Part shown: positions 32,904-43,249 of the stretch, in pieces
Layout of the letters: each line of letters opens with the position of its first letter
Numbering within the stretch: position 1 is the stretch's first letter
Assembly (NCBI GenBank): GCA_032718475.1
Contig: JAUCBJ010005838.1
Coordinates: 1 to 43,249 of the forward strand
Length of the DNA stretch: 43,249 bases
Reading direction: 5' to 3'
DNA from: Nemertoderma westbladi
Lineage: Eukaryota; Animalia; Xenacoelomorpha
Made by a program: the position numbers and the translations under genes
Notes under the pieces: model-generated
What the model was told of the DNA's origin: nothing
Seen by the model: the letters and a program-made list of their open reading frames with translations, nothing else
Database searches by the model: none

Positions 32904-33351
32904 CTCGCCGCAACGTCCAGACGGGCCTCCGGGTCTACCGATCTCAGATCTCAGGCGGAATGACTCGCCCTCGATCGGCTGGAGATGGGGTTCCACCTCG
33001 ACGTCATGTGCGACCTCGCTGAGGATTGGATAGGCTCCCATAGGGCAGTGAAGGGAGTGGGAGATGGTGAATACAGCACCACAGGAGCAGTTGGCGGGCA
33101 GCCTCGGGGGCTCCCACCCAAATCGCAGACACAACGCATCCCAGAAAGCGGATTTGTGTAGGGAAAAGTTGTATCTGGAAATGGGTAGGGCCAAGAGCCA
33201 TGCCGATGCTCCACGCTCCTTCGCCAGTGTCCGATGGTAGAGGGCGTCTCCGGACAGTTGAGCATCAACCGCCGCACATCGAGTCTTCACAGCCTCATCC
33301 TGCTCCTTCGGATCTCACGCAGGATGGTCTGCTGTGTTGTACGAGTGGCTG

Positions 33352-33719
33352 GCTAGTCTAGTTACTTGCCTCAGATTCACCAATGGCTTTGTTGGTCGGG
33401 GTGGAACATGAGAGTAGCCTCCAACTCCAGAATCCCTCTCCCCCTCACAATCTGGCCTCCGTGGTGACCCAGGGTTTGGGCCAGAAAGGTCATCAGGAAA
33501 GGGACTCAAAGAATTGTTTGCCGCTCTCTCTCCAGTAGGGGGTGAGACAGGCAGCCGGTCAGGAGATAACTGACACCTGTGAGGCCGATTGTGTCCAGTC
33601 ATTCCACTGGCCTCTAGTGGCTGGACCTCCGCATTACTAATGTAATCCATAGTGGGGGTTGGGTGGTGCTTTTTCGCCGAGTCAGCTCTCGGGGCAAATA
33701 CCACACCCTGGTTTGCCAT
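33352..33719 (-). pseudogene. N-terminal extension of the RTE ORF
   Basis: MANQGVV...PLVNLRQVTRLAS joins VNTLTL at 10263 once the CRE-like insert is removed. Confidence 0.75.
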
Positions 33720-34147
33720 TCCACAGGGTGGGTGTCGCAGTGGAGTCAGATATGAGGCCCATCACCCATATCTACTCTCGCGCACATGACCCACCATTGG
33801 CTGTGCAGCTCATCTGCTGGGTCATGCCCTGTACCCCTGCTGCCAGGTGCAGGTCGCAGTGAAGTGCACTCAGAGTGGACATGAGAACACTCTACTCCTG
33901 ACCAGCCATTGGTAGATCACCATCTGCCTAGCCAGGCCATATACCCCAGCAGCCAAGTATATGGGTCCTTAATCCAGGACCAAGGGCATCCTTATCCCAG
34001 AACGAAGGGGGTCCTAGTTACAGGACCAGATTTGCCCTAGTAAGAGGGTCTATGCAGCTACAGGTGGCCCCTCCTTTATGCTGCATGGAGGTGGCAAGTT
34101 TTCTTGATCAATGACCTAGAATATGACCTGACCTGAGGGTGTGACCA

Positions 34148-34768
34148 TGTAACAGTAGCGACTAAGGCTACAGGATAATTTTAAGCAATAATAAAGCGGC
34201 CTCGGAGGGAAACCAATCCAGATATTGGCAAGCCAAGAACAACAATGGTAGATTCGGTCGATATAGAACTACCGAATCTACCACAAGGAAGGGAAAGTAT
34301 CTCACCCAATAAACCTCACGGGAAGCTTATAGGTTAATATAGAACATTATTGTGTGCTAGCAGAGATAGGGCCACGCTTGGCAGCTGAACACTAACAGCT
34401 GACTCAGACGCTGGGCCAATCACAGCCTCGGTTTGAGAAGCCAGTAGCATATTGGGTATAACTATTTAAACCCGTGAAATACCTTTATTAGTTCAGTTGT
34501 GTGCAAGCATGGTATCAGATGGATAGGGTGTGTTAGTGAAATTAGTTCCGGTCAACTTTAGTACGTTATCAATATCAGTTAGTGCAATATCAAGGTGGCA
34601 ATTTAACATCAGTAAATTCTATTAGCGATCAATATATATTATAGTCCATTGAAACCTCAGACTTTTAACCACTGTATACTCACGTCTGGCTGTCTGGCAG
34701 GCCGTGTAGAGACGCACACTTTCACACGCTTACGGCACGGCGCGCAGAGGCACAACTCTACCGTAACA
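34148..34768 (+). mobile_element. Solo LTR (about 620 bp); its original first bases lie at 7302-7305
   Basis: TGTAACA...CGTAACA termini, CCAAT boxes, TATTTAAA followed by TCAGTT. Near-TSD TGCCA (7297-7301) / TGCCG (34769-34773). Confidence 0.7.
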
Positions 34769-35741
34769 TGCCGTCTTCTTTAAGATAGCTCCTTTACTAA
34801 TACCAAATAAACAGATGGTTGCATCGCAACCACACAGAGCGTGGAGCACAAGGAGCTGACTAATTTAAACTCCCAAGACATTGTCGAAGTCGCGATATAT
34901 CCCTGGTTTTCTGTTTCGCATTTCGTTTCTCTGCCTGTAAGTAAACTTGTATCTCGTAGGTTCATTTCCTCTATGAATTCCACTCTCGCACCAGGTATCC
35001 CATCTATCCTACGCTCCTGGTATGCATTGCTTTGTGGTCGCGTTTCCATATCCATCAATAAATAAAAACTACATGGGAGTTTGAGTAGCGTTTAACCTAT
35101 TTCACATAGCTGTTAGCAACATCTGCAAAGCTTTGCAGCTTTTCCCATGTCAGAGTATGACTCCGCTCTTCTGGGAGGGCTTCAAGCTGAGCCTTCACAT
35201 GCGCACGTATTCGACCATATTGGTCGAACAGTGATGATGGATGGCTGGCTAACTCATATTGTAAAATACCTCTGGAATTCTGTTACCCTGAAAAATGATA
35301 ACCAGTTTAAGAAATGATATTCAGAATGAGAAAAAAAACAATCACTTTCTATGGTAACAGGAAATGCGTACTAAGGGTCAATTTACAAAAAATAAACGCC
35401 TATCAGCCTATTGAGATTATAAAAACAGCACCAAATAATAAACTACAAAATTAAAGCTAATTATTATAAAGTGATCAATTGATATGTATTTATGAACAAT
35501 GAAAAGATTTGGTAGATCTAATTACAAATATTTAGGATTTTACTTGCTCCACTGTAATTCGGAGCAACTTGATAGACGTATTTTCTAGACAAGGTCGCTT
35601 TGAGTTGTGGCGTTCGGTTCCTTTGTTTATTGTTTATTTATAGTAGTCCTTGAGTAAAGGTAAATAAATATTGCCAACAAACATGAACCCAAATCTGAAG
35701 TCTGAAAGACAGTACGGCAGAACCGTTAAGGTACGGTAAAT

Positions 35742-35925
35742 TGGGGGAAAGGGGCAGGTTACAGAGGCGGGATTTTCTAACCAAAACAATAAACAGTCGC
35801 TTTACAAAATGAAGGAAAGGAGCAGGTTACAGAGGCGGGCCTTTCTAACCAAAACAATAAACAGTCACTTTACCAAATCAGGGAAAGGAGCAGGATACAG
35901 AGGCGGGATTTTCTAACCAAAACAA
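35742..35925. repeat. About 2.7 copies of a ~69-bp unit, related to 145-210
   Basis: GGAAAGG[G/T/GA]GCAGGTTACAGAGGCGGG...CTAACCAAAACAATAAACAG repeated; CCAAAACAATAAACAG also at 152-167. Confidence 0.8.
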
Positions 35926-36086
35926 CCGGTCAGCCGGTAGGCCTACCATAGTACCGTATTTAAATGGTAGGCTACACAGTAGGCCTACATAGCAGTACCG
36001 GTGCCGGTACCGGTACTAAAATACCTAAAATACCTGCTTTATACCTACATCTGTACATGCAATACTGCAAAATAGTGCTCTATATA

Positions 36087-36281
36087 CTAATACCGGTACT
36101 GATAGCCTGAGAGAACAGCAGTAGAGAAACCGGTAGCATGGAACCTAACGGTAAATTTCTGGAGGACATAAAAAGTAAAAAAAAACTAATACCGGTACTG
36201 TGATTGCCTGAGAGAACAGCAGTAGAGAAACCGGTAGCATGGAACCTAACGGTAGATTTCGGGAGGACATAAAAAGTAAAA
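36087..36281. repeat. ~99-bp tandem duplication
   Basis: CTAATACCGGTACTG...GCCTGAGAGAACAGCAGTAGAGAAACCGGTAGCATGGAACCTAACGGTA...GGAGGACATAAAAAGTAAAA x2. Confidence 0.9.
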
Positions 36282-36346
36282 TAAAAAGGACAAAAAAAGG
36301 ATTTAAACGGACAATAAAAATTATTGCGGATCCTAACTACGTAGGT

Positions 36347-36491
36347 GAACTTAGATCCTAACTAGGTGCAAACTTAGATCCCATATTATGCTATTAAAAG
36401 CCTTTGGTAATCATCATGCTAGCCGCGAAGCGAACTTAGATCCCACGTTGTTATCAAAGCGAACTTAGATCTTAGGTGGACTTAGATCCCA
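36347..36491. repeat. Cluster of five ACTTAGATC motifs
   Basis: ACTTAGATC(C) five times within 145 bp. Confidence 0.75.
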
Positions 36492-38620
36492 ATTTAGACA
36501 AACAGGAAACATTATTCGAATACGCGTAGGTATGCATACGCCTATGTCAAATCGCTCAATGTAATGTATAGGTACGTGGATACGTACGCACATACGTGGA
36601 TACGAACGGCATACGTTGAAAAGTAAAACTCAATTCTGTATGTACCATTACAGGACCTATGTTCGATGACTGTGAGTACTGCAGTACTGTACTGTAACAG
36701 TGTTGGCTTATGGAAAGTATTATTAAAATGAAAGTAAAATACAATCTGAACGTAATTTGTACCGGTATTTGATTACTACAAGCAGACAAGGCAAATGTTT
36801 AAAGAAGATGCATGGAACCAGAAAATGTTTGTGTAAAAATGTAAAATTATTACTAATGAAGTACAATTTCCTCCGAATAATTGGGTAGGCGAGACCCACG
36901 TTTGGGTAGGCCTGTAGGCGGCGCCTACCTTCACCTTATATACTGGCTACGGGCCTGTGTCCAGTATCAGTGTAATCGTGGCCTTTTTTCATTTTTAATA
37001 TTAATGATACCGGTACCGGTAGTTACTGAGTTATCCCAACGATAGGATTCTACAAATCCAGGATTCTCCAATTAATTTATACAGAATTTTATGGCGATTC
37101 TAATGGTCAGATGGCTGAATGCTGGAATGGTGAATGGCATACCAGAAGCCTAATTTATACTGTAGCTGTATAGAATGCCAATGTCTGGCTGTCTGAATGT
37201 ATAAAATTTCACTGCCGATTTTCAAATGAAATTTAGCATTGTTTTCTATGGCGAAATTTCACTCTCGGTTCTCGGACACATTCTGCTGTTCTGACTTTAG
37301 GCCTAATCTGTAGCCTAAATTGTAAATTGGATAAATTGTTACCAGTCAGCCAGTGTCCCTAGTTCCTGCCTGTAGTAACTACTATCGGCTCATCGGTACA
37401 ATATTACGTAGGTACGTATGACAGTATGACAGTATGACGTAAATTCCACATTCGGCTCTCGGCTGTTCAGTGTTCTACGGCATACGGTACGCGGGCACCC
37501 GGTAACTGACTAATTACATAATACAGTAATGTTGCTAATGCAAATGCTGTAATGGTTTGGAATTGCAAAGCTATACAGTTGTACTGCTATAGCTGTATAG
37601 GCCTACATGCGTAGGCCTTATTATTTGAGATGGATTGATTGGCTGATTGGTTTCAATGAATTTTGAAGACATTGTTGCTGCTGCAATCCGGTGACGTTCT
37701 ACTGTTCTAACGTTTATTTATATCATCAGAACAAATCATACCGGTATGCCAATGCCACAAAAGACAACGCAGTGCAGATGTGCGTTAGGCCTAATTGGTA
37801 AGTACAGAAGTCAGTAAGTAAAGTGTGTGCGCGATAACATTTCTCAAATACAGACATAATGTAGCAAAACGACTTGTTGTGTTGACTCTGTGGGCCTATG
37901 TTGTGGAGACAAAATTCAATTCGCCAAAAATCATAATTAGCTCTTTCAAGTTGTTTACGCGATGTTTAACTACGTTTATTTTTATAATTATTGCCCTCGC
38001 TTTCTATAGTCAGGAAATATTTCACTCATGTCGGTTGTCGCTGTCGGTACCGTAACGCCTGAGCGCTCTATAGACTCTATATTTTATAAACATCTTTTGA
38101 CATTTTTTAGATACGGAATCTACAGACGAAGGCGGTTCGAATTAAATCTAGATCACATTCCATCCAAAGACGAAAAATAACACTGACGGAGGTTGTAAGT
38201 TTTGCTGAATAGATATTTTAAACACCCCGTAAATAATTTGAAAATTGAAAAATCCGACCAGGCCATCAGTAAGAAAAGGTGTCGAAGTCGAAAGTCTTGC
38301 TTTAAAAAAAGTTTTTATATATCAAGGGTGATTAGTAATTAGGTTGACAATCCAATAATCACCATGTCCTGGAATATAGTGTCTTTATATACAAAAGTCA
38401 AAGCACAAAATACATATACTCTTTAATTCGGACTAGCCGACAATACGGTCAATAAAATTTACAACATACATTTACAATTAATTCACAATGAAAGTAGATT
38501 AATCACGACATAGAGCGTGAAATGAATAAAACCAATTGAATTAAAGTTATTGAATATTCCGAATAAAATGATGTGGCTAAAAAAGCAGTAAAAATCGATC
38601 TAAAACCGATTAAAATACGA

Positions 38621-40093
38621 CTAAATGATGGCATAAAATTCCTTTATTCGTTTCAGTTTTTCCCGCAATGTTAGCGATTGGAGGTCGAAGCAGGCCGCAA
38701 TGAAATCAGCGTTCCCAATATCTGTGAAGGTCGGCGCGCCCATAACCATCCGGTTTAAGATGGAGTCCTTCGCGTAGCGGTATATTAGAATGGACTCGAG
38801 CCGTGGTAGAGGGTGCTCGGTGGAGGCCGCTCTGTAGCCGCCGAGAACCCCTGGGTAGGAGCCTCTCCCCCGTCTCCCGGACAGGCTGGCGATTGCCAGG
38901 GATGCAAACGCGCTCTGGAGGGCTTTGTTGGGGCACTCGTTGTACCGCACGAGTGTACCAACCGATAGCCGGAAAGCCTCCAGCGAGATGGGTTTCAGCT
39001 GGGTTAGGTGGTAGAGTGTTGAGTTCCCAATGTACGGTCCAACACACAGCAGACTCCTGAGGGCGTTCCTGTAAACCACGTCGAGTTTTCCCAATTCAGT
39101 TTGAGTGAACGCCCCGATGTTGAGTTTCAATGAGTACAGGGCAGCCGGTAGAGCGACGGCGCGCCACAGGTTGGCAACGGTCGCCGCCGGCAGCCACCGG
39201 GTCGTCCAGCCCTTCGCCTGGAACATCCGTGCGAGGGCGATTATCTTCTGGGCCGAGGCGCCCATAGGGTTGGTCTGCGACTGGGCCAGGTTATAGCCGA
39301 GGAAGGTCCAGGATTTACTGCGCGGGAACAGCGGTTTGCCAAGCCGGAGGAAGGACGGTTGGTGTCAATTCCTTTGGTTTGAAAATACCGTCCACTTAAT
39401 TTTACTAGATTCGACCGACAGTTTTATATCATTGGCGGACTTGCTGAAGACCATAAATAGAGTTTCCATATCTTTTGGATTGTTCGTCATTAGCAAGAAA
39501 TCGTCCGCATATGATATGGCTCCCAACCATATTGAATTGATTGTATACCCTACATGGGATTCCTCTAGGTTGTCCAGTATGCTTCTTGTGTACAGGTTGA
39601 ATAGGATCGGTGATAACAAGGATCCCTGTTTAACGCCTCGTCGAACAGAGATTCCGTCACGATCGATCAGGCCGTCGAACTTTAGGTACAAGGTGCTGGC
39701 CATGTAGTAATTGAGCACGGTGGCGACGATGTGAGGGTTAACGAACTCCATCATCTTCCGACCCAATGTATCATAGTCCACGGAGTCGAACGCAGCCTCT
39801 ATGTCTAGCTGGCAGATGTACAATTGGGACCCTCTCACTAAGTTACTCTCAATGCTTTCCAGAACTGTAGCTATGGCGATGTCGCACCCAATCCTGCTGC
39901 GATACGCTGTCTGATTGTCGTGTAGTTTTATACCGCCCAGAAACTCTGCAAGTATCACCCGCTCAAAGACCTTTGCCCAGATGCTAATCGAGGCAATTGG
40001 TCTGTATGACCCTGTACAAAATAGATCCCGCTGTTTTCCTTTGTACAGACTCGAGATTACTGAGTTGCCAAACAGCGTCGGTACTTGTTTCAG
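38621..40093 (-). pseudogene. 5'-truncated non-LTR retrotransposon RT fragment (APE-type LINE, clade uncertain)
   Basis: SYRPIASISIWAKVFERVI, QTAYR, LDIEAAFDSV, GVKQGSLLSPILFNLY, AISYADD. Frameshift near 39350; C-terminal LPAALYS...YRNALRSLL. Confidence 0.85.
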
Positions 40094-40258
40094 TATACAT
40101 TATACAAATATATCATCTTATATGTAATTTATATTTTCTGGAATGCCCTTCCCTTATATTGTTATATATATTTTATTATTTATTATAGATAATCTATAAT
40201 TATAGTTTCGTTGAATTACACCTACTGTATTATACAAGACAATTTTATATTACAGTAG

Positions 40259-41108
40259 CATTAGGGCGACGATTTTGAACATTACTTCGGCGAAGACGGC
40301 GAAATTTTGCAAACGTCGCGATTTTTTCTAAGATTGTCCACCTACAGTATAGTATTCGTAAACACAAAATTTCGCGAAGATCTCGACGTTTGCGAAGTTA
40401 AATTTTGTGTTTACCAACATTGTGGAGCTTCGCAAACGTCGCGATCTTCGCGAATGTTCTAGAAGATTTTTAAAAAGTAAGAAAATCTATAATTAAAAAT
40501 ATATTTTTAAAATTTTTCTATAACAAAATATATTTTAGTTCTAGATAAAAAATATTTTTAAATAACATAGCTAACATGTTCTATAGTATATATTAGTATG
40601 ACATTAGTATGACAGATTAGTATTGTTCACAGAATGTTATGGTACCGGTATATTTATTATACATGTTATACAGATGGTCTAAAAAAATATTCTAGAAGTC
40701 CATGAATGAATTCGTTAGGTTTGGGTTTAAGTTTGGTTAGGGTTTTGTGGGTTTATATTTATATGGGTTTATGGTTAGGGTTAGTGTTAGGGATAAGGAT
40801 AGAGTTCGGGTTAGGGTTGGGTTTGAAAATATTCTAGAACATATTAGCGATTTATTTAAAAATACGTTTTTCCCTAGACCTAATATATTTTGTTCCAGAA
40901 CAGTTATAAAAAATGTTTGTTAGTTATCGATTTTCTTACTTTTATAAAATATTCTAGAACATTCGCAAAGATCGCGACGTTTGCGAAGCTCCACCTATAG
41001 TATTGGTAAACACAAAAGATCAGTTGATCAGATCAAAAAAAAAAATCGCGACGTTTGCTAAATTTCGCGATCTTCGCCGAAGAAATGTTCAAAATCGTTG
41101 CCTTACTC
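40259..41108. mobile_element. hAT-like MITE with long TIRs and a degenerate (TTAGGG)n core
   Basis: 8-bp TSD TACAGTAG (40251-40258 / 41109-41116). TIR TAGGGCGACGATTTTGAACATTACTTCGGCGAAGA versus TCTTCGCCGAAGAAATGTTCAAAATCGTTGCCTTA. GGTTAGGGTT-like tract at 40715-40825. Confidence 0.8.
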
Positions 41109-41166
41109 TACAGTAGTCCATTCGACATTAATTTAGATGCATTTGGCAATGAATCCTTGGAGCCAT

Positions 41167-41348
41167 ATGCAGAGATGTGTAGAGAATAGATTACTTACTT
41201 CCCATTCTCTTTATGCAGAGATGTGTAGAGAATAGATTACTTACTTCCCATTCTCTTTATGCAGAGATGTGTAGAGAATAGATTACTTACTTCCCGTTCT
41301 CTTTATGCAGATATGTGTAGAGAATAGATTACTTTCTTCCCGTTCTCT
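41167..41348. repeat. Four tandem copies of a 46-bp unit
   Basis: ATGCAGAGATGTGTAGAGAATAGATTACTTACTTCCCATTCTCTTT at 41167, 41213, 41259 and 41305. Confidence 0.92.
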
Positions 41349-43249
41349 GTCAAGAGATTAACAACTGTACTTGGTACGGCTCCATGGATTCATAGCCAAA
41401 GGCATGTTAAAGTCGAATGGACTATACTGTAATATTTGTGTAGTATAATACAGTACATCAACGAAATTATAATTATAGATTAACTATAATAAATAATAAA
41501 ATATATAAGGGCATTCCAGAAATATATATATATAAATTATAAGATAATATTTATGTATTTTGCAAGGTAGGTGTTCTAGAACTACAAGGCCATGCACATG
41601 CAGCCGTGCGGGACTGGAGGCAAACTATTTTTTATTATATTTCATAATTTATAATCACTCATTTTACCAACACTATAACAAATTTAGGAAAATTATATTC
41701 TAGAAATATAATTATTATAAATTCATTATTGCGTTGTACATATTTTCGATAAGGCGTTCTAAACTGTAGGTCATGACGGCGGAGTTTACAAAGCAAAACC
41801 ACACTGGAAATTTAATATAAATGCCAAATAAAAACACCTCTGCATATTAATAAATTGAACATTCATTTTTGTTCCTCAAACGCTAACCAAAACCAAATCA
41901 AATTGATTGCATGTTAAACATTCTAGAACGTTAGCTAGTACTAAATATTAGTAGTTCTAGAACGCCTTGGTATTTTGACTTTTGACTGGATAATGTAAAA
42001 GCGTCCTAAGTCCTAAGTAAGCTCTCATTTATTTTTTCCCTCATTATTTAGCTACAAGCGTTTGAAAAATTGGTCCCCGTCGATGTTGCACCAATTACAC
42101 CGCAGTTATTCGTCCCCCGTAAATAAACACACCATATTCTGGAACATTTTGTTAATGTATGGGTAAACTACGTAACAGTATGATTAAAGAGGTATTACTT
42201 TGTTGCCCATCTACATAGGAGAACAAAATGTTCCAAAATATGGTGGTGTATTTATTAAATCTAATAATTTGGAATAGATTGAATAGGCAACATTAAAAGC
42301 AAGAATATCAGGGAAAGCGTGTTTTAGGGATGGACTGGCGCAGTTTGGATGTAGTGAATACACATTCGTGCGTGGGGCCTTCGCGCAGCACGGGGCTCAG
42401 TTATGAGATACAAATTAAAATTGACTGATTCAGTCACAAAATGGCAAAACCGCCAATTAACCAAACCGTAAATTATCCAAATCGCCAATTAATCAAAAGA
42501 GGGAATCGTCTCTCCCATTCAACATCTTAATCTCCTGCACCCCAACCCAAAGTCGCAAAGAGGATTGATGTAAGGCAGGTATTGACAGAAAATTTGTGTT
42601 TTAAAAGTTATATATTTTAGGCGTCGAGGTGACCTAATTTGTAAGAAATATTAAATCATACCTTAAGCCGATAGTATTGATACTGAAATATTAATTTATC
42701 ATGTCAACACCTCAACGAAATTATTCAGCTAATTATTCTAAAGAATCACGATTAAATACTCAGCCAATCATTTTGTGAGATAAACAACAAAACAAGCATA
42801 TTAATCTGGCTACTTATACTGCTGAGTGCTACCTGTCATATAGATGAAATTACCCCCCCCCACCCCACCCCACCCCCAGTCGCACCATTTAGTATCCATA
42901 TTCAATAATTTAATACGAGTGATATTATTGATAGTTTTAAATGATTTTTGCCATGCCGAATTATTTCGTTTGATATTATTGGTCATTTTAAATAATGTTT
43001 TCCAACTTAATTATTACGTTTGATATTATTGATCGATTTAAATAATGTTTCAAAACAATGCTTAATATTATAGGTTGATTTAAAACATAAATACAGCTAG
43101 TCTCTGCTGTCCTGTACTCAGATACTGCAGTACTACTGGTATAGTGCACAGTGGTACCGGTACGGTAAAGTGAAGAATGTATAGAAGCAGAGAAGTGAAT
43201 CATTAAGAGATCAGCTGATTTAATAACTACATTTAATATTTATTTTTTA

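Larger units (their letters stand above)
10275..33351 (-). mobile_element. 5'-truncated CRE-like non-LTR retrotransposon with restriction-like endonuclease (pieces 10275-10814 and 32904-33351)
   Basis: Perfect 11-bp TSD GCTAGTCTAGT (10264-10274 / 33352-33362). Protein motifs GASAWLLALP, DALCLRFGW and CSCGAVFTISHSLHC. Rejoined RLE core EARLDVAANGLWGGRFERVYIDVKVFNP...EKWRKYE...RLSFALLRS. Confidence 0.85.
7306..34144 (-). mobile_element. RTE-clade non-LTR retrotransposon, near full length (pieces 7306-10274 and 33352-34144)
   Basis: (TAG)n 3' tail at 7306-7318 on the minus strand. Candidate TSD CCATGTA (7299-7305 / 34145-34151). 5' region has GGAATGGCAAACCA...GTATTTGCC, resembling the RTE/BovB 5' motif. 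The ORF rejoins across the insert as PLVNLRQVTRLASVNTLTL. Confidence 0.85.
6998..35364 (-). mobile_element. Degenerate Academ-like DNA transposon (XPG/PIN-like transposase C-terminal region), split by the whole nest; outer limits approximate
   Basis: Minus-strand 35280-34770 gives LQYELASHPSSLFDQYGRIR, SFADVANSYVK*VKRYS, VVFIIDGYGNATTK and LHALCGCDATICLFGISKG (H3TH-like GCD motif). It continues after removing the inserts into 7300-7160 (EELKAAVEMVFISLY). A 15-bp inverted repeat TTTCCTGTTACCATA (6998-7012) / TATGGTAACAGGAAA (35350-35364) brackets it. Confidence 0.55.
40095..41558. mobile_element. Foldback-type element with long imperfect inverted arms around a 46-bp tandem array; ends approximate
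   Basis: TTTCTGGAATGCCCTT / AAGGGCATTCCAGAAA, ATCTATAATTATA...TTCGTTGA / TCAACGAAATTATAATTATAGAT, GTCCATTCGAC / GTCGAATGGAC. Confidence 0.7.

Overview
Eukaryotic (probably invertebrate animal) genomic DNA, largely transposable elements. The first 6.5 kb hold four intronless + strand ORFs: a clear OGFOD3-type 2OG-Fe(II) oxygenase, a divergent RhoGAP-like ORF and two unknowns. From about 7.0 to 35.4 kb lies a six-layer nest of elements, each junction marked by a candidate target-site duplication: Academ-like DNA transposon relic > solo LTR > RTE LINE > CRE-like RLE LINE > non-autonomous BEL/Pao element B (10815-32903) > young BEL/Pao element A (11082-25492). Element A is the most interesting object. 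It carries an extra env-position ORF with a DEDDy (WRN/EXD/mut-7-like) 3'-5' exonuclease and CCHC zinc knuckles. Its 1607-bp LTRs contain six covarying kink-turn-like RNA modules, and a GNRA/bulged-A hairpin recurs nine times across the element. It has no tRNA primer-binding site. Instead, the sequence just after the 5' LTR is complementary to its own LTR, as it also is in element B, which suggests Tf1-like self-priming in BEL/Pao. The last 8 kb contain tandem repeats, a truncated LINE and a foldback element interrupted by a hAT-type MITE. All family assignments come from motif recognition by eye; no database search was run.
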